A DNA stretch of 64,000 nucleotides from positions 1 to 64,000 of the IMG/VR virus record IMGVR_UViG_3300047509_000177; one strand, written 5' to 3'. This DNA is from a virus. Shown here in pieces: positions 25,313-36,199 of this stretch (its first letter is position 1; each line of letters opens with the position of its first letter). Below the pieces are notes generated by a model. That model was not told the DNA's origin and ran no database searches. It saw only the letters and a program-made list of their open reading frames with translations. A program made the position numbers and the translations under genes.

Positions 25313-28300
25313 ATGGCCGACGCGGACTTCTTGATAGAGATATTGGCGAGATTAAGAGATGAGGCTTCTCCTGGATTAGCAAAACTCAAGGCAGAGATAA
25401 ATAGTATCAAGGGAACTCAAGACGCTGAGAATGCAGAGAAGGATCTTGGCAATGCAATAAAGGGTACTGGCGAAGAGGCTGATCGCTCGAAGAGAAAGCA
25501 TGAAGGTCTAAGAACAGAGCATGAAAAGTCTCGTCGTGCGGCGGATGACGCCGGGAGAGGAGTTAGATCTCTTAGTGAAGATCTAGAGAGAGGAAGAAAG
25601 AGTGTTGATGCTCACGCTGAGTCGATGAGCGCTGCTGCAAGTGATCAGGAAAGATTTGCTAAGTCGTCAGAAGAGGTATTGAAGGGGGCGAAGGAGGCTG
25701 GAGACGGTGTAGAAGATCTACATTTGAGGATGTCGAAATTAAAAACTTCTTGGTCTAACTTTGATAATTTACTTAGAAACGGAGAGTTAACAAAGGGACA
25801 AGCTAAAAGAGGTTTACAAGAATATTCATCTGAGTTTTCTTCCCTTATGAAAAAGATTGAGACCGGAAGCCAAGAATGGAAACATCTAGAGGCTATTCTA
25901 GACAATGTAAATAGAAAACTCAGGAACCCTACTTCTGGAAAATCTTTTGAATCTTTAAATGATTCTTTATCTGGTGCTGGATCCGGTCTACGAATAACTG
26001 GAGTTGCATCTTTCTTACAAGGCTTGAAAGATCTATCTCTTATAGCTATTTCTCCACAGCTTATTACTGGAGTGGCTTCGTTAGCAGGGGGATTATTTTC
26101 GGTTGCTTCTGCTGCTGTCCAAGCGGGATCAGCGCTGGCGGGAGCTTTTGTTTCTGGTCTAGGCCAAGCAATACCGATGCTTTCGATTGTTGCTGCTTCT
26201 ATAGAGAGATTTAAAAATATTCTTCAGGCAGTTTCTGTTGCCGGGCAAGCAGAACAACAGCATTTCTATGATCCTACTGAAAAACAGGTTCTTCAGCTAC
26301 AACAAAGTAGCCAATTAATTAGTTCTAATCAACAACTTTCTAACTCTTATATTCAATTATTCGAGGCTCAACAAAGAGTTAGAGACTCTCAAATAGCTCT
26401 TACTGAAGCTAGATATACAGCTCAAAGGCAGATAACTGAGCTTGCTTTGGCAGAAAAAAATGCACGCCTTCAAGCAGAAGGCGCGAATATATCCCTTACT
26501 GAATCTAAAAGGCAACTTCAAATTGCGATTCAGAGAGGAGATGTTGCTGGGCTTCAGCAGGCAGAATTGGCGGTAAGAGAGGCTGAATTAAATAAGAAAA
26601 AAGCAGACTTTGAAATTCCTAAAACAGAACGTGAAGCACGCCTAGCCCGAGAGAGAGGCGTAAGCGGTGCGCCGTCTGTTATTAGCGCTGTACGTGGGCT
26701 AGAAGGCTCTCGTCTTGCTGTAGTTCAGGCACAGCAGAGCGCAGAAGCGGCGCAGAGACAAAAACAAATAATAGATCTTCAGCGTCAAGCTAGATCATCT
26801 AAAGAAACTCAGTTTGAAGCTCAGCTTAAATTCTTTGAGAAAGGAATGTCTCCTACAGAGCTTGGGTTGACAAATGCTCTGATAGGTATTGAGAAGGAAC
26901 TTAAATCTCCTAATTCTCCTTTGAAGAGAATAACTAATTATTTTGTAGAACCTTTTACCAATGCTATCGAGAGAATCAGATCTCTTCTTAAGAATTCGTC
27001 TTTTCTTAGGCCGCTAGATGAACTAGCAAAGTCGATGGGCGCTGGTCTTGGTCGTCTTGAGAAAGCTGCGTTTGGCAAGGAAGGAACTTCTTTCTTTGAG
27101 CAGATGGCTAGAGATGCTAAAGAAAATATACCTATTGTATCTCAGTCTATTGAAAGGATAATGAAAGTTTTTGAGGATATAGCTAAGGCTGCTGGGCCTG
27201 CTTTTCATAAATTAAGTGAAGATTGGGATAAATTCTGGGGTAAACTAGATATAAAATATGGTACTCCTATAGGCTTCTCTCTACTTGAAAAATTCTTTAA
27301 TAAATCAGTTGAATATGCAGAAGCTTTTGGGAAACTAGGAAAAGCTTTATATGGTCTTTTTATATCTATTGGTCATGATGCTGCTCCACAAGGTTTGTCT
27401 ACTGTAACTGGGTTTACCGGGGCAGTAAAAAGCGCTACCGAATGGGTCAAATCTCATGGACCAGAGGTAACTAAATTTTTCAAGGAAGCGCGTGAAGGTT
27501 TAGAGACTATAGGAGGTCTATTATTTACTATAGGGAAGGATTTTCTTGAAGCTTTCAGTTTAAGTTCTTTAAGAGCTTTAAGCGGATTTCTTTCTCAATT
27601 CCTTTTGCCAGGTCTTAGAGATGTTATAAATATAATAGGCAAAATAACTACAGCAGTTCTTGATTTCTTTAATCTATTCGGTTCTGCTGGTAGAAAGGCT
27701 TTAGAGGTTCTTGCTGCTTTTGTGTTGGGGACTTTGGGTTTAATCAAAGTTATTGCTTTTATAAATGAGCTTCGAAAAGCTATTATTGAGTTATGGGCTA
27801 CGATTGTTGCTTTAGAGGGATTAGCTTTTTGGACAGCTATTGGTGCAGGGATAGTTGCTGCCGCCGCAGCTTTAGGATTGTTTGATAGTGCTCAGAAGAA
27901 GACTAAAATTACCACTGAAGAAATTAACAATGCTCTTGAAAGGCAAGCTGAAGCTTTAAGAACTATAAAGAGTTTAAATGATGAATATGCGAGTTCTAAG
28001 CTTTCAGTAGAAGAAGCCAACCTAAGAGTAACGCAGTCAGAACAAACTTTGGCTAGGGCAAAGCACAGTTTAGCCCATCCTGAAAGACCTTTATCGCGCG
28101 AAGAGCGCGCTGAAGCTGTTATAGGAATTAAGCAAGACGAACAATCTGTTACTAGAGCTAGATTAAGCGCAAGAGAAGCACAAGAAAATTTTGAAAAGCT
28201 TCCAGAACAACAAAGAGAAACAGCAAAGAAGGAAACTTCTGTTGCGCGTAAGAGCGCCGCTGAAGCTCGTGCCCTGAATAAGCAAAACACTGAAGAACTT

Positions 28301-31300
28301 AGGTCTCTTGAAAAGGAAAGAACTGAAGCAGAGCAGAAGATTAGTAAGGGTAGGGAAGTAGGAGGGTCAATAGGACATGAAATTGAAGTAAATGCAAAGT
28401 CTGAAGTAGTAAAGATAAATGAAAAGATTGTGTCTAGCAACAAGAAGTTAAAGGAATCACAAGAATCTCTTGGAACAGCAGTTCTTAGAGAAAATGAAGC
28501 AATAAACTCCTCTAATGCCTTAACTTCTCAAGGTGCTTCAAAGTATAGTACTGCGTTTGCAGAAGCATTCTCTAAGTTTGAAGAGTCTGTTAGAAAGGGC
28601 GCTTCTTCTGCGCATGATGGAATGGGCAAGATAAGAAAGCTTGTCGATGATGCTTTAAAGAAGTATGGAGTTACTCCTGCCGAAATAGCTAGTGGCTCTT
28701 CTGCAATAGGCAAGGTATCTAGCGGAATTAGTTCGGCTGGTAGGGCTGTGTCTAAGGGGCTAGAAGGGTTTGCTTCTGGCGGATATATACCTGCTAAATC
28801 AGGGGGGCAGATTGCGCGGGTAGGAGAGGGTGGTCATGATGAGGTAGTTCTTTCTACAGATCCTAAATATGCGGGGAGAAGTAGAGCTCTTCTCGGCCAA
28901 TATTTCTCCCGAGCGCCGCATATGGCCGCTGGTGGGTATATATACCCGTTCCACGGTGGAGCGACCAAAGGTAGAACAGATCAGGGTATAGATTATGATC
29001 TTACTCCAGGTTCACCAATTACTTCGATTGGTGATGCTAAAATAAAGGGTATAATATCTAATTGGTTTAAAGGTCAGTCTTTCCTTTGGTATGAACTTTT
29101 AAGCGGGTTAGATAAAGGGAAAAATGTATATATAGCTGAGCAAATAAATCGTTTATCTCAAGTTGGGTCAACTGTAAGAGCAGGACAACCTATTGCTTAC
29201 TATGCTCCTTCTGGAACTGGTTTGGAGATTGGTTGGGCTACTTCTTCCGGGCAAACTCTCGCTCAAGCTACTACCGGATATAGAGAGGGGCAAGTAACTC
29301 CTGCTGGAGCTTCTTTTGGAGCTTTTATCTCGGGTCTGCAACAAGGAAAAGTAGTTGGAGGACTTCAAGCTTTTAAGGAAATTATTGCTCCGAAAGTAAA
29401 AGGTGGAGGCATTATTGGGCAAATAAGTCAAAGAGCTTTGAATTTGGCTGCAAAAGCTGCGAATATATATCTTGAAAAACATATTTCTTCGGGGGGAGAA
29501 GCTAATTTCGCTGGGGTAAGTGGGCATGGTGGTGCGCCGAGTGCCAATGAAGCTTTAGGGAAGCGCATGATGGTTGCTGCTGGCTGGCCTGTAGGTATGT
29601 GGCCTTCTTTGCAAGCTTTGTGGACGCAGGAGTCGGGATGGAACGCGAATAGCGTGAATTCATCCAGTGGCGCTTACGGTATTCCCCAATCGCTCGGGCA
29701 CGGTCATCCCTATAACCTTGGCGATGCTCGTGCGCAGATAGCTTGGGGGCTTAATTATATTCGTGAACGATATGGCTCTCCTGTCGCTGCTGAGGCTCAT
29801 GAGCGAGCTTTTAATTGGTATGCCAAAGGTGGTGTAATCCAAGCTGTTAGAGAATTTGCAGCGGGCGGTAGAGCGCCGTGGGGCGGTAGACCAGTACCAA
29901 TAATCGCTCACGAGGGCGAGCGCATTATGAATCCTGCTCAATACAATGCTACGGCCAGTTTGGCGGGAATTTCGCCGAGAGGTTTAGATAAGTATCTTGG
30001 TTATGATGGCTCTCCCCGGCAGAACTTCGCTGCTGGTGGTGGCCCTATAGCTATTGGTCAACGTTCTCAGCCTATGAGTGAATTTGAACCTAATTTGATA
30101 AGCCAGTTTACGAATATAATTTTTGAAATTGGTAATATAAGCAATATTTTAAAATCTTTCAATAAAGTTAAAAAAGCTTTCTCGAAACTTAAAAAATCTA
30201 GTGGAGAGAATTTTGTAAAGAATCTTGAAAAGATTATAAATGAAATTGTCATAGAAACAAATGGAGTTTTGGCTAGATTGCAAGAAGGAAGAGAATTCTT
30301 TAAAGCTCGCTTGGAAAGAAAATCAGTAGAGAAAGAGTATACTGCTAAAGGTGGGAAAATACAATTAGGATCAAAAGGGCAGATTGGTATAGCTGAATTT
30401 TCTGAAAAAAATCTCGCTGAAGAATCGAAATATCTTCAAACCGAACAAAAAATAATTGATAAAGCTATATCTGAAACTAGAAAAATAAAACCAAAAAATC
30501 AGAAGCAAGCGCAAGCAAAGTCTACCGCATTGAAAACTTTAGCTGTAAAACAAAAAGAACTTCTTGAAACTATAGATCAAAATGTAGAAGCTAGATACCA
30601 GGCTGAGGCTCAAACTATCCAGGCTAAAATAACTGAAGCTAATAATCAATATCAAGTTTCTTCCCAAGAACAACAAACTAAAATTTCTAAAGCTCAGGCT
30701 TTTGGTAATCTTGGAGAAGTAGGAAAGTTGGAGGAACAAACTGCTACTTCTGCTCAAGCTCAGATTTCTAGGCTAACCCCTATGCTGGAACAAGCTCAGA
30801 AAATTGGTAATAAGGAACTTGAATCTAGTATAAAACAAGAAATTATTGGTTTACAGCAAACTATAAATACTACAGTAATAGAAAGAATCTCTAATGCACA
30901 GACTTTGATACAGAGAGAATCGGCGCAAGCTGAATCAAAAGTTGGTAGAAGGCTTGGGATTGCAAAGGTATTATCTGCTGAAGGAAGATATAGTGCTGCA
31001 AACGCTGAAGAAGAAGTAGGATTAAAAGAAAAAGGAACCAATTTACTCAATACCAGAGCGGTAGAGGAAAAACTAAAAGAACAAGCTTTGCGGGAAGGCG
31101 ATACTGCTGCTGCTATAACTTTGGGCGAGGAATTGGAAAAGAACAGTGTAGAAATAGCTGAAAATAATCTTGCTCTAAAAAACAATGCTGCTGTGACAAG
31201 GGAATTAGTTCTTAGTCAAATAGGAAGAGAAACAGGAGTTGGAACAGGTATTTATGGGGCGCTTCGATCCGGGATCGAAACAATAGGAAAGACAACTGGA

Positions 31301-31876
31301 TTTACAAATGTTGCTGCTTTGATAACTACTGCAAAGGGCGAAGGCGCTGTGCTTGGGGCGGGCGAGAAAAAATATGAGGAAACAGGAACTGAAATGGGAT
31401 TTCAGACTGTTGGTATGACTGCTCAGCAGGTTCTTCAATATCTTACTTCTCCTGAAGCACAGTCTATAATCTCTAGAATAGAGACTACGGGCACAGAAGC
31501 AGAAAAAGCTGATCTTGAAAAGTGGCTTTTTGGGATAGAGGGCAACTCTGTTGCTATTTTGAAGAATACAGAAGAACTTGCGAGGTTGAATGGGCAGCTA
31601 AATCAACCGCAAAGCTTTTCTACTGCTGCTTTCAATGCCTTCAGGACTTCTTTCTTTACTGGCATGGGAGGGCTATTAGAACCTTATTCGGCGGCGCTTC
31701 CGCCGGGATCTCGCCCAGAAGGTCTTCCTGTATATGGTTCTGGGCAAGTTGGAGCGCCTATGAGTTCAACTCATATTGAGAATATCAATCTTACTCATCC
31801 TGTAGAGAAGCTTCATCCGGGTCTGTTGGGAGAAGAATTGTCCTACCATATTTCAGTGACACCGCCTACTTCATGA
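25313..31876 (+). CDS. Tape measure protein with M23-like and lytic transglycosylase domains
   Basis: 2187 aa, helical and Ala-rich, follows the chaperones; SD AGGAGGT; ESGWN...SSGAYGIPQ...YIRERYG SLT motif; RTDQGID M23-like motif. Confidence 0.9.
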   Translation: MADADFLIEILARLRDEASPGLAKLKAEINSIKGTQDAENAEKDLGNAIKGTGEEADRSKRKHEGLRTEHEKSRRAADDAGRGVRSLSEDLERGRKSVDAHAESMSAAASDQERFAKSSEEVLKGAKEAGDGVEDLHLRMSKLKTSWSNFDNLLRNGELTKGQAKRGLQEYSSEFSSLMKKIETGSQEWKHLEAILDNVNRKLRNPTSGKSFESLNDSLSGAGSGLRITGVASFLQGLKDLSLIAISPQLITGVASLAGGLFSVASAAVQAGSALAGAFVSGLGQAIPMLSIVAASIERFKNILQAVSVAGQAEQQHFYDPTEKQVLQLQQSSQLISSNQQLSNSYIQLFEAQQRVRDSQIALTEARYTAQRQITELALAEKNARLQAEGANISLTESKRQLQIAIQRGDVAGLQQAELAVREAELNKKKADFEIPKTEREARLARERGVSGAPSVISAVRGLEGSRLAVVQAQQSAEAAQRQKQIIDLQRQARSSKETQFEAQLKFFEKGMSPTELGLTNALIGIEKELKSPNSPLKRITNYFVEPFTNAIERIRSLLKNSSFLRPLDELAKSMGAGLGRLEKAAFGKEGTSFFEQMARDAKENIPIVSQSIERIMKVFEDIAKAAGPAFHKLSEDWDKFWGKLDIKYGTPIGFSLLEKFFNKSVEYAEAFGKLGKALYGLFISIGHDAAPQGLSTVTGFTGAVKSATEWVKSHGPEVTKFFKEAREGLETIGGLLFTIGKDFLEAFSLSSLRALSGFLSQFLLPGLRDVINIIGKITTAVLDFFNLFGSAGRKALEVLAAFVLGTLGLIKVIAFINELRKAIIELWATIVALEGLAFWTAIGAGIVAAAAALGLFDSAQKKTKITTEEINNALERQAEALRTIKSLNDEYASSKLSVEEANLRVTQSEQTLARAKHSLAHPERPLSREERAEAVIGIKQDEQSVTRARLSAREAQENFEKLPEQQRETAKKETSVARKSAAEARALNKQNTEELRSLEKERTEAEQKISKGREVGGSIGHEIEVNAKSEVVKINEKIVSSNKKLKESQESLGTAVLRENEAINSSNALTSQGASKYSTAFAEAFSKFEESVRKGASSAHDGMGKIRKLVDDALKKYGVTPAEIASGSSAIGKVSSGISSAGRAVSKGLEGFASGGYIPAKSGGQIARVGEGGHDEVVLSTDPKYAGRSRALLGQYFSRAPHMAAGGYIYPFHGGATKGRTDQGIDYDLTPGSPITSIGDAKIKGIISNWFKGQSFLWYELLSGLDKGKNVYIAEQINRLSQVGSTVRAGQPIAYYAPSGTGLEIGWATSSGQTLAQATTGYREGQVTPAGASFGAFISGLQQGKVVGGLQAFKEIIAPKVKGGGIIGQISQRALNLAAKAANIYLEKHISSGGEANFAGVSGHGGAPSANEALGKRMMVAAGWPVGMWPSLQALWTQESGWNANSVNSSSGAYGIPQSLGHGHPYNLGDARAQIAWGLNYIRERYGSPVAAEAHERAFNWYAKGGVIQAVREFAAGGRAPWGGRPVPIIAHEGERIMNPAQYNATASLAGISPRGLDKYLGYDGSPRQNFAAGGGPIAIGQRSQPMSEFEPNLISQFTNIIFEIGNISNILKSFNKVKKAFSKLKKSSGENFVKNLEKIINEIVIETNGVLARLQEGREFFKARLERKSVEKEYTAKGGKIQLGSKGQIGIAEFSEKNLAEESKYLQTEQKIIDKAISETRKIKPKNQKQAQAKSTALKTLAVKQKELLETIDQNVEARYQAEAQTIQAKITEANNQYQVSSQEQQTKISKAQAFGNLGEVGKLEEQTATSAQAQISRLTPMLEQAQKIGNKELESSIKQEIIGLQQTINTTVIERISNAQTLIQRESAQAESKVGRRLGIAKVLSAEGRYSAANAEEEVGLKEKGTNLLNTRAVEEKLKEQALREGDTAAAITLGEELEKNSVEIAENNLALKNNAAVTRELVLSQIGRETGVGTGIYGALRSGIETIGKTTGFTNVAALITTAKGEGAVLGAGEKKYEETGTEMGFQTVGMTAQQVLQYLTSPEAQSIISRIETTGTEAEKADLEKWLFGIEGNSVAILKNTEELARLNGQLNQPQSFSTAAFNAFRTSFFTGMGGLLEPYSAALPPGSRPEGLPVYGSGQVGAPMSSTHIENINLTHPVEKLHPGLLGEELSYHISVTPPTS

Positions 31877-31883
31877 GGTAATA

Positions 31884-33521
31884 ATGGCACGAGTTCAATA
31901 TATAGATGTAATAATAAATAATTTAGGTGTGCCGCAGAAAAATGTGATTCTTACTGTAGTTCCTATTGCTGGTACGTCTGCTACAAACAAATTATGGAAA
32001 GAAGAAACTGGTCCTACGGAACTGGCAAATGTTATTACTAATTCTAATGGAGTCTTCTCGGTATGGCTGGATGAAGGAAGATATGAAATAAAATTAGAAG
32101 GTACTGTTGTTAGAAAAATTGAGTTAATAAATCAATCGTCAGTTATAGTTTCTTCTCATTATGTAAAAGAAGAAAATAATAATCTATCATTTGGATCTTC
32201 TTTATCAGGTTTGACTACTGGCAAAAATAATACATCTTTTGGAATTGGGGCGCTAGCAGGTGTTACTACTGGAGAATATAATGTAGCTATTGGGAGTAAA
32301 TCTCTTGTATCTATGGCAACTAGTGCTGGATTAGTTGGAATAGGATATAAAGCTTTAGAAGTAAACACTACTGGTATTGAAAACACAGCAGTTGGATATG
32401 AAACATTAGCAAAAAATATTAGTGGTAACTATAACGTTGCTGTAGGTTATATGGCTCTTTCCAAGGCAACTGGCCAAGGTTTTAATACGGCAGTTGGTAA
32501 GAGGGCATTGGAAAGATCTACAAGCGGATCGGGGAATGTTGCTGTAGGTAGTAATGCTTTGAATGCTTTAACAACGGGAGAAGAACATGTAGCTGTAGGT
32601 TGTGAAGCTATGCAAAATCAAACTGAAGGAATTGGTAATGTTGCTGTAGGATTTCAGGCTCTATTATCTTGTACAACTGGCGCCCCAAATGTAGCTATTG
32701 GATATCAATCTGCTCATCTTATTACTACTGGGACTGCAAATATTTCTATAGGCCGCGAATCTCTTAATAAAAATGTAAGTGGGGAAAAGAATATAGCGAT
32801 AGGAAGCGAAGCTTTATTTGTATCTACTTCGTCTAATAATATTTGTATTGGCCAGGGGTCAGGAAAGGCTCTCACTACTGGTAATGAAAATATAGCTATA
32901 GGAACTGCTTCATTATTTACTTCTGCTACGAATTCTAGAAATATTATAATAGGTAGAAGTGCTGGGAGAGAAATTACCGGAGGTGGTAATGTTGCTATAG
33001 GAGTAGAAGCTTTATTTAAGACCTCTGGAGAAAAAAATACTGCTATAGGAACTGAAGCTCTAGAAAAACTTCAAACTGCTGGAGAAAATGTTGCTTTAGG
33101 GTATAAGGCTGGAAAGTTCCTCAATGCAGGATCAAAAGGCAATGTATATATTGGGAATGAAGTTGGTCCTACTTCTGAAAAAGAAGAATCTAATAAGCTT
33201 ATTATCCATAACAAAGGTGTTACTACACCGACTACAGAATCTCTTATTGTTGGAGATTTTTCGGCGAAAACTGTTACAATAAACGGGCATTTAACTACTA
33301 GCCAAAATACTGTTCCGAGTGAAGTAGGACGGAGCGCTGAAATGGTTGGTGGTGAAATTACTATAGCTGCTCCTGCTGTTACTGCTACAGGAGTGATTAA
33401 TTTGTCTGAGGAGGGAACAGTAGCGGCTGGTTTGGCTTTTACTAGGGAAGTTGGTGTTGGATTTAAAATAAAATCTACAATAACTAATACAAATCGAGTG
33501 AATTGGGCTGTTTATAATTAA
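31884..33521 (+). CDS. Tail fibre with YadA-head-like beta-roll repeats
   Basis: Many N(T/V)A(V/I)G..AL repeats of ~14 aa. Confidence 0.75.
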   Translation: MARVQYIDVIINNLGVPQKNVILTVVPIAGTSATNKLWKEETGPTELANVITNSNGVFSVWLDEGRYEIKLEGTVVRKIELINQSSVIVSSHYVKEENNNLSFGSSLSGLTTGKNNTSFGIGALAGVTTGEYNVAIGSKSLVSMATSAGLVGIGYKALEVNTTGIENTAVGYETLAKNISGNYNVAVGYMALSKATGQGFNTAVGKRALERSTSGSGNVAVGSNALNALTTGEEHVAVGCEAMQNQTEGIGNVAVGFQALLSCTTGAPNVAIGYQSAHLITTGTANISIGRESLNKNVSGEKNIAIGSEALFVSTSSNNICIGQGSGKALTTGNENIAIGTASLFTSATNSRNIIIGRSAGREITGGGNVAIGVEALFKTSGEKNTAIGTEALEKLQTAGENVALGYKAGKFLNAGSKGNVYIGNEVGPTSEKEESNKLIIHNKGVTTPTTESLIVGDFSAKTVTINGHLTTSQNTVPSEVGRSAEMVGGEITIAAPAVTATGVINLSEEGTVAAGLAFTREVGVGFKIKSTITNTNRVNWAVYN

Positions 33522-33522
33522 A

Positions 33523-33795
33523 ATGAGTAAAGATAATATTAAAAAATTACGCCTTGTTAAAGTGGCTGTACAGCCTTTTTTTGTTCTGGACGATGGAGAG
33601 AATATAAAAGAGATAGAGCATGGAGTTACTATAATTCCTGCTAGTGAGTGGTCTGCTTATTCTTCTGAGAGATTTCCGCGAGAGGTAAAAGAGTGGCAAA
33701 AACAAATTGATGAAGAAAGCATAATTACTCTTCAATCGGATTTTGGTCGTCCAAATCCATCCGAAATAGTTTATGATGAGTTATCGAGATACTAA
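33523..33795 (+). CDS. Hypothetical protein, possibly a fibre chaperone
   Basis: Directly follows the fibre gene. Confidence 0.45.
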   Translation: MSKDNIKKLRLVKVAVQPFFVLDDGENIKEIEHGVTIIPASEWSAYSSERFPREVKEWQKQIDEESIITLQSDFGRPNPSEIVYDELSRY

Positions 33796-33808
33796 TTAGT
33801 AAAAATAA

Positions 33809-35452
33809 ATGACATTTGTAATTGAACCAGCAGAAGTTTTATCTCCAGAATTAAAAGAAGAAAAAAATGTTCTGGGTACAGTAGCTAATGTTAAATACTA
33901 CCATCAAGCTGCTGCATGGGATTCGCCGCTTTCTTTTGGGGTTCAAGCTTTTATTGAATATAATGGATTAGTTCTAAATGATCGTCATCAGGCTGATCTA
34001 ATTAGAGTCAACCATGTTGGGGGGCTGGATGACGCGGAAGTGAGAGACAGTAGAGAGCCTCGCCCAGGAGAATCAGGGGAATACGCATACGACGCCTTCT
34101 ATGGAGGACGTAATTTAGTTCTAAGCGGCTTTGTTGAAGCCGGCTCTCTGGCGGCTTTGGGCACTCTTTCCCGGAATTTAAAAGCCGCTTTTGCGTCGCT
34201 TAATGAGTCATATCTGAAGTTTAGGTGGTTTGATGTATATGATCCGTTTGATGATCCTAATACTATTTTAGAATATAATCCGAACGCTAGCTTAGTTGGG
34301 GCGCCTAGTGGGAACTATTCTCCAATTATAGGTTCTTTGAATAACTTGAAGATAGAAAATGGTTTGTTATTGTGGTCTAAAGCTGGGAAAGTTGCTTTTG
34401 TAAGATCGTCTGATAAAAGAACTTTTTGCGACACTCAGATGACTATAAAGTGCATTGTTGGAGAAAAAGATTCTTCATATATAGGATTTATTTTGTGTGC
34501 TAAAAATTCTGAAAATTACTTAGCCGCTGTGTATGAAGAGAATTCTGGATCGCCTACTTTGAAAATAGTATCTGTAATAAATAATGAAGAACATAAATTA
34601 GTATCTAAAGAAATTACTTCTAGTTTGCGCCCTGTTGTAGGGCAGCCTATATGGATAAGAGGTCGTAAGGAAGGAAATAATATTTATTGTGAGTTTTATA
34701 ATGCGATTCCTACCGATAATTCTCTTCCAAATTTTTCTGTGAATACAAATCTTTTTGGTGAAGATGAAGAAATATATGGTGATGGTATCTTATCCGAGGT
34801 AGGTATTATAGGAAACCAAGTAAACACTAATTGGGCTTTTGATGAATATAGAATTGAATCTATTTATCCTGGTGATATTCAATTTAAAGCCAGAAAGATC
34901 AATTTCTCTATGGCTGATGAGCAGACCAGTTTAACAAAGTTTAAAAGGCCATTCCAAATAACTATGAAGACTTCTGATTTCAGAGCTTTCTCTTCTGTAA
35001 AATTATCTAAATCTATTTATCCTACAAACGCGACTTCTGCTCCTGCGTTGGGGCGTTCTTATCCAAGAAAATATCCTTTAAGTTATAGAGTTTTTACTTC
35101 GTCAACTTTCCCTGCTCAATCTAATTTGCTGAGTATAAATAATAGAGGGTCTGTCTACGTAGAACCAATTTTATATTTATATGGTCCTGGAGAAAATATT
35201 CTTATTGAGAATTTAGCCAATGGCCAGTCTCTAGAATGGCTCGGTGCTATTTCCGAAGGTGACTATATAGAAATTGATTGTAGAGAAAAAACGATTGTAA
35301 ATTCAATAAAATCTAATTTTTTGGAACCGCTTGTTCCTACCACTGAATGGATACGAATAGAGCCTATGTGGAACGATATATATATACAAGGTTCTGGATT
35401 TAAAGAAGAAGTTACTAAATTTATTGCGAAATTACGCCATGGATATATGTAG
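33809..35452 (+). CDS. Distal tail protein (Dit) with an inserted lectin-like domain
   Basis: YGGRNLVLSG N-domain; NRGSVYVEP..YLYGP...IEIDCREKT C-domain; beta-sandwich insertion. Confidence 0.75.
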   Translation: MTFVIEPAEVLSPELKEEKNVLGTVANVKYYHQAAAWDSPLSFGVQAFIEYNGLVLNDRHQADLIRVNHVGGLDDAEVRDSREPRPGESGEYAYDAFYGGRNLVLSGFVEAGSLAALGTLSRNLKAAFASLNESYLKFRWFDVYDPFDDPNTILEYNPNASLVGAPSGNYSPIIGSLNNLKIENGLLLWSKAGKVAFVRSSDKRTFCDTQMTIKCIVGEKDSSYIGFILCAKNSENYLAAVYEENSGSPTLKIVSVINNEEHKLVSKEITSSLRPVVGQPIWIRGRKEGNNIYCEFYNAIPTDNSLPNFSVNTNLFGEDEEIYGDGILSEVGIIGNQVNTNWAFDEYRIESIYPGDIQFKARKINFSMADEQTSLTKFKRPFQITMKTSDFRAFSSVKLSKSIYPTNATSAPALGRSYPRKYPLSYRVFTSSTFPAQSNLLSINNRGSVYVEPILYLYGPGENILIENLANGQSLEWLGAISEGDYIEIDCREKTIVNSIKSNFLEPLVPTTEWIRIEPMWNDIYIQGSGFKEEVTKFIAKLRHGYM

Positions 35453-35461
35453 AGATATATT

Positions 35462-36199
35462 ATGATTCCTACTGAATATTACAAAGTAATACGTAGAGAG
35501 TCTTCGCTTGTATGTTATTGGAGGCTCAATGATTCGGCTGGGACCAGGGCGATAGACTGGGCTGGGAAATATAATTTAAACGGTATATATGATGGCTCTC
35601 CTTCTTCCGATCAACCGCTTATCAGCAATGATGTGGCTGCGGGGTCTAAATTATTTGGATCGGAAAATCAGAATATGGAAGTGCCGAATGCTGTGCCTTT
35701 GCAAATAGTGTCTGGGATAGGGGTTGAGTTTTGGATTTTGCCGCTTGCTGCTACTCAAACTTGCTCGTTGATAGGAAAGATGAATGCGGCTTTTACTTTT
35801 CCAAATCCATATAGAGTGGGATTAGAAAATGGAAAAGTAATTTTTTCTTTGGGAAATGGGATAAATAAAACTTCAGTTTCTTCTAGCTATGTATTGCCTA
35901 TTTCTATTCCTTCTCATATAATGGTTACTTCTTATAGAAATAAGTTAAGAATTTTTATTAATGGGGTAGAAAATATTTCAGCTAGTTTAGGTACACAGGA
36001 AATAAAAGATGGTGGGCAGCCTGTTTACACGGGCGAACTAGGAAATAATTCTTCTAGGTTCAATGGGATGCTAGGAGAGTTGGCATTATACTCTGAAGCA
36101 ATTGGATCTACCGAAATAAAGAATCATTTTAGTATTGGAAGAAATATAATATATAAAAAGCCATATTATACTAATTTTGATAGACCTTCTTATTCATAA
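35462..36199 (+). CDS. LamG/concanavalin-like minor tail protein
   Basis: YWRLND..GT.A.D, RIFINGV, FNGMLGELALY. Confidence 0.8.
   Translation: MIPTEYYKVIRRESSLVCYWRLNDSAGTRAIDWAGKYNLNGIYDGSPSSDQPLISNDVAAGSKLFGSENQNMEVPNAVPLQIVSGIGVEFWILPLAATQTCSLIGKMNAAFTFPNPYRVGLENGKVIFSLGNGINKTSVSSSYVLPISIPSHIMVTSYRNKLRIFINGVENISASLGTQEIKDGGQPVYTGELGNNSSRFNGMLGELALYSEAIGSTEIKNHFSIGRNIIYKKPYYTNFDRPSYS

Noticed and set aside
35450-35464. Amber readthrough fusing Dit and LamG
   Set aside because: An in-frame 9-nt gap is expected by chance one time in three; no other support
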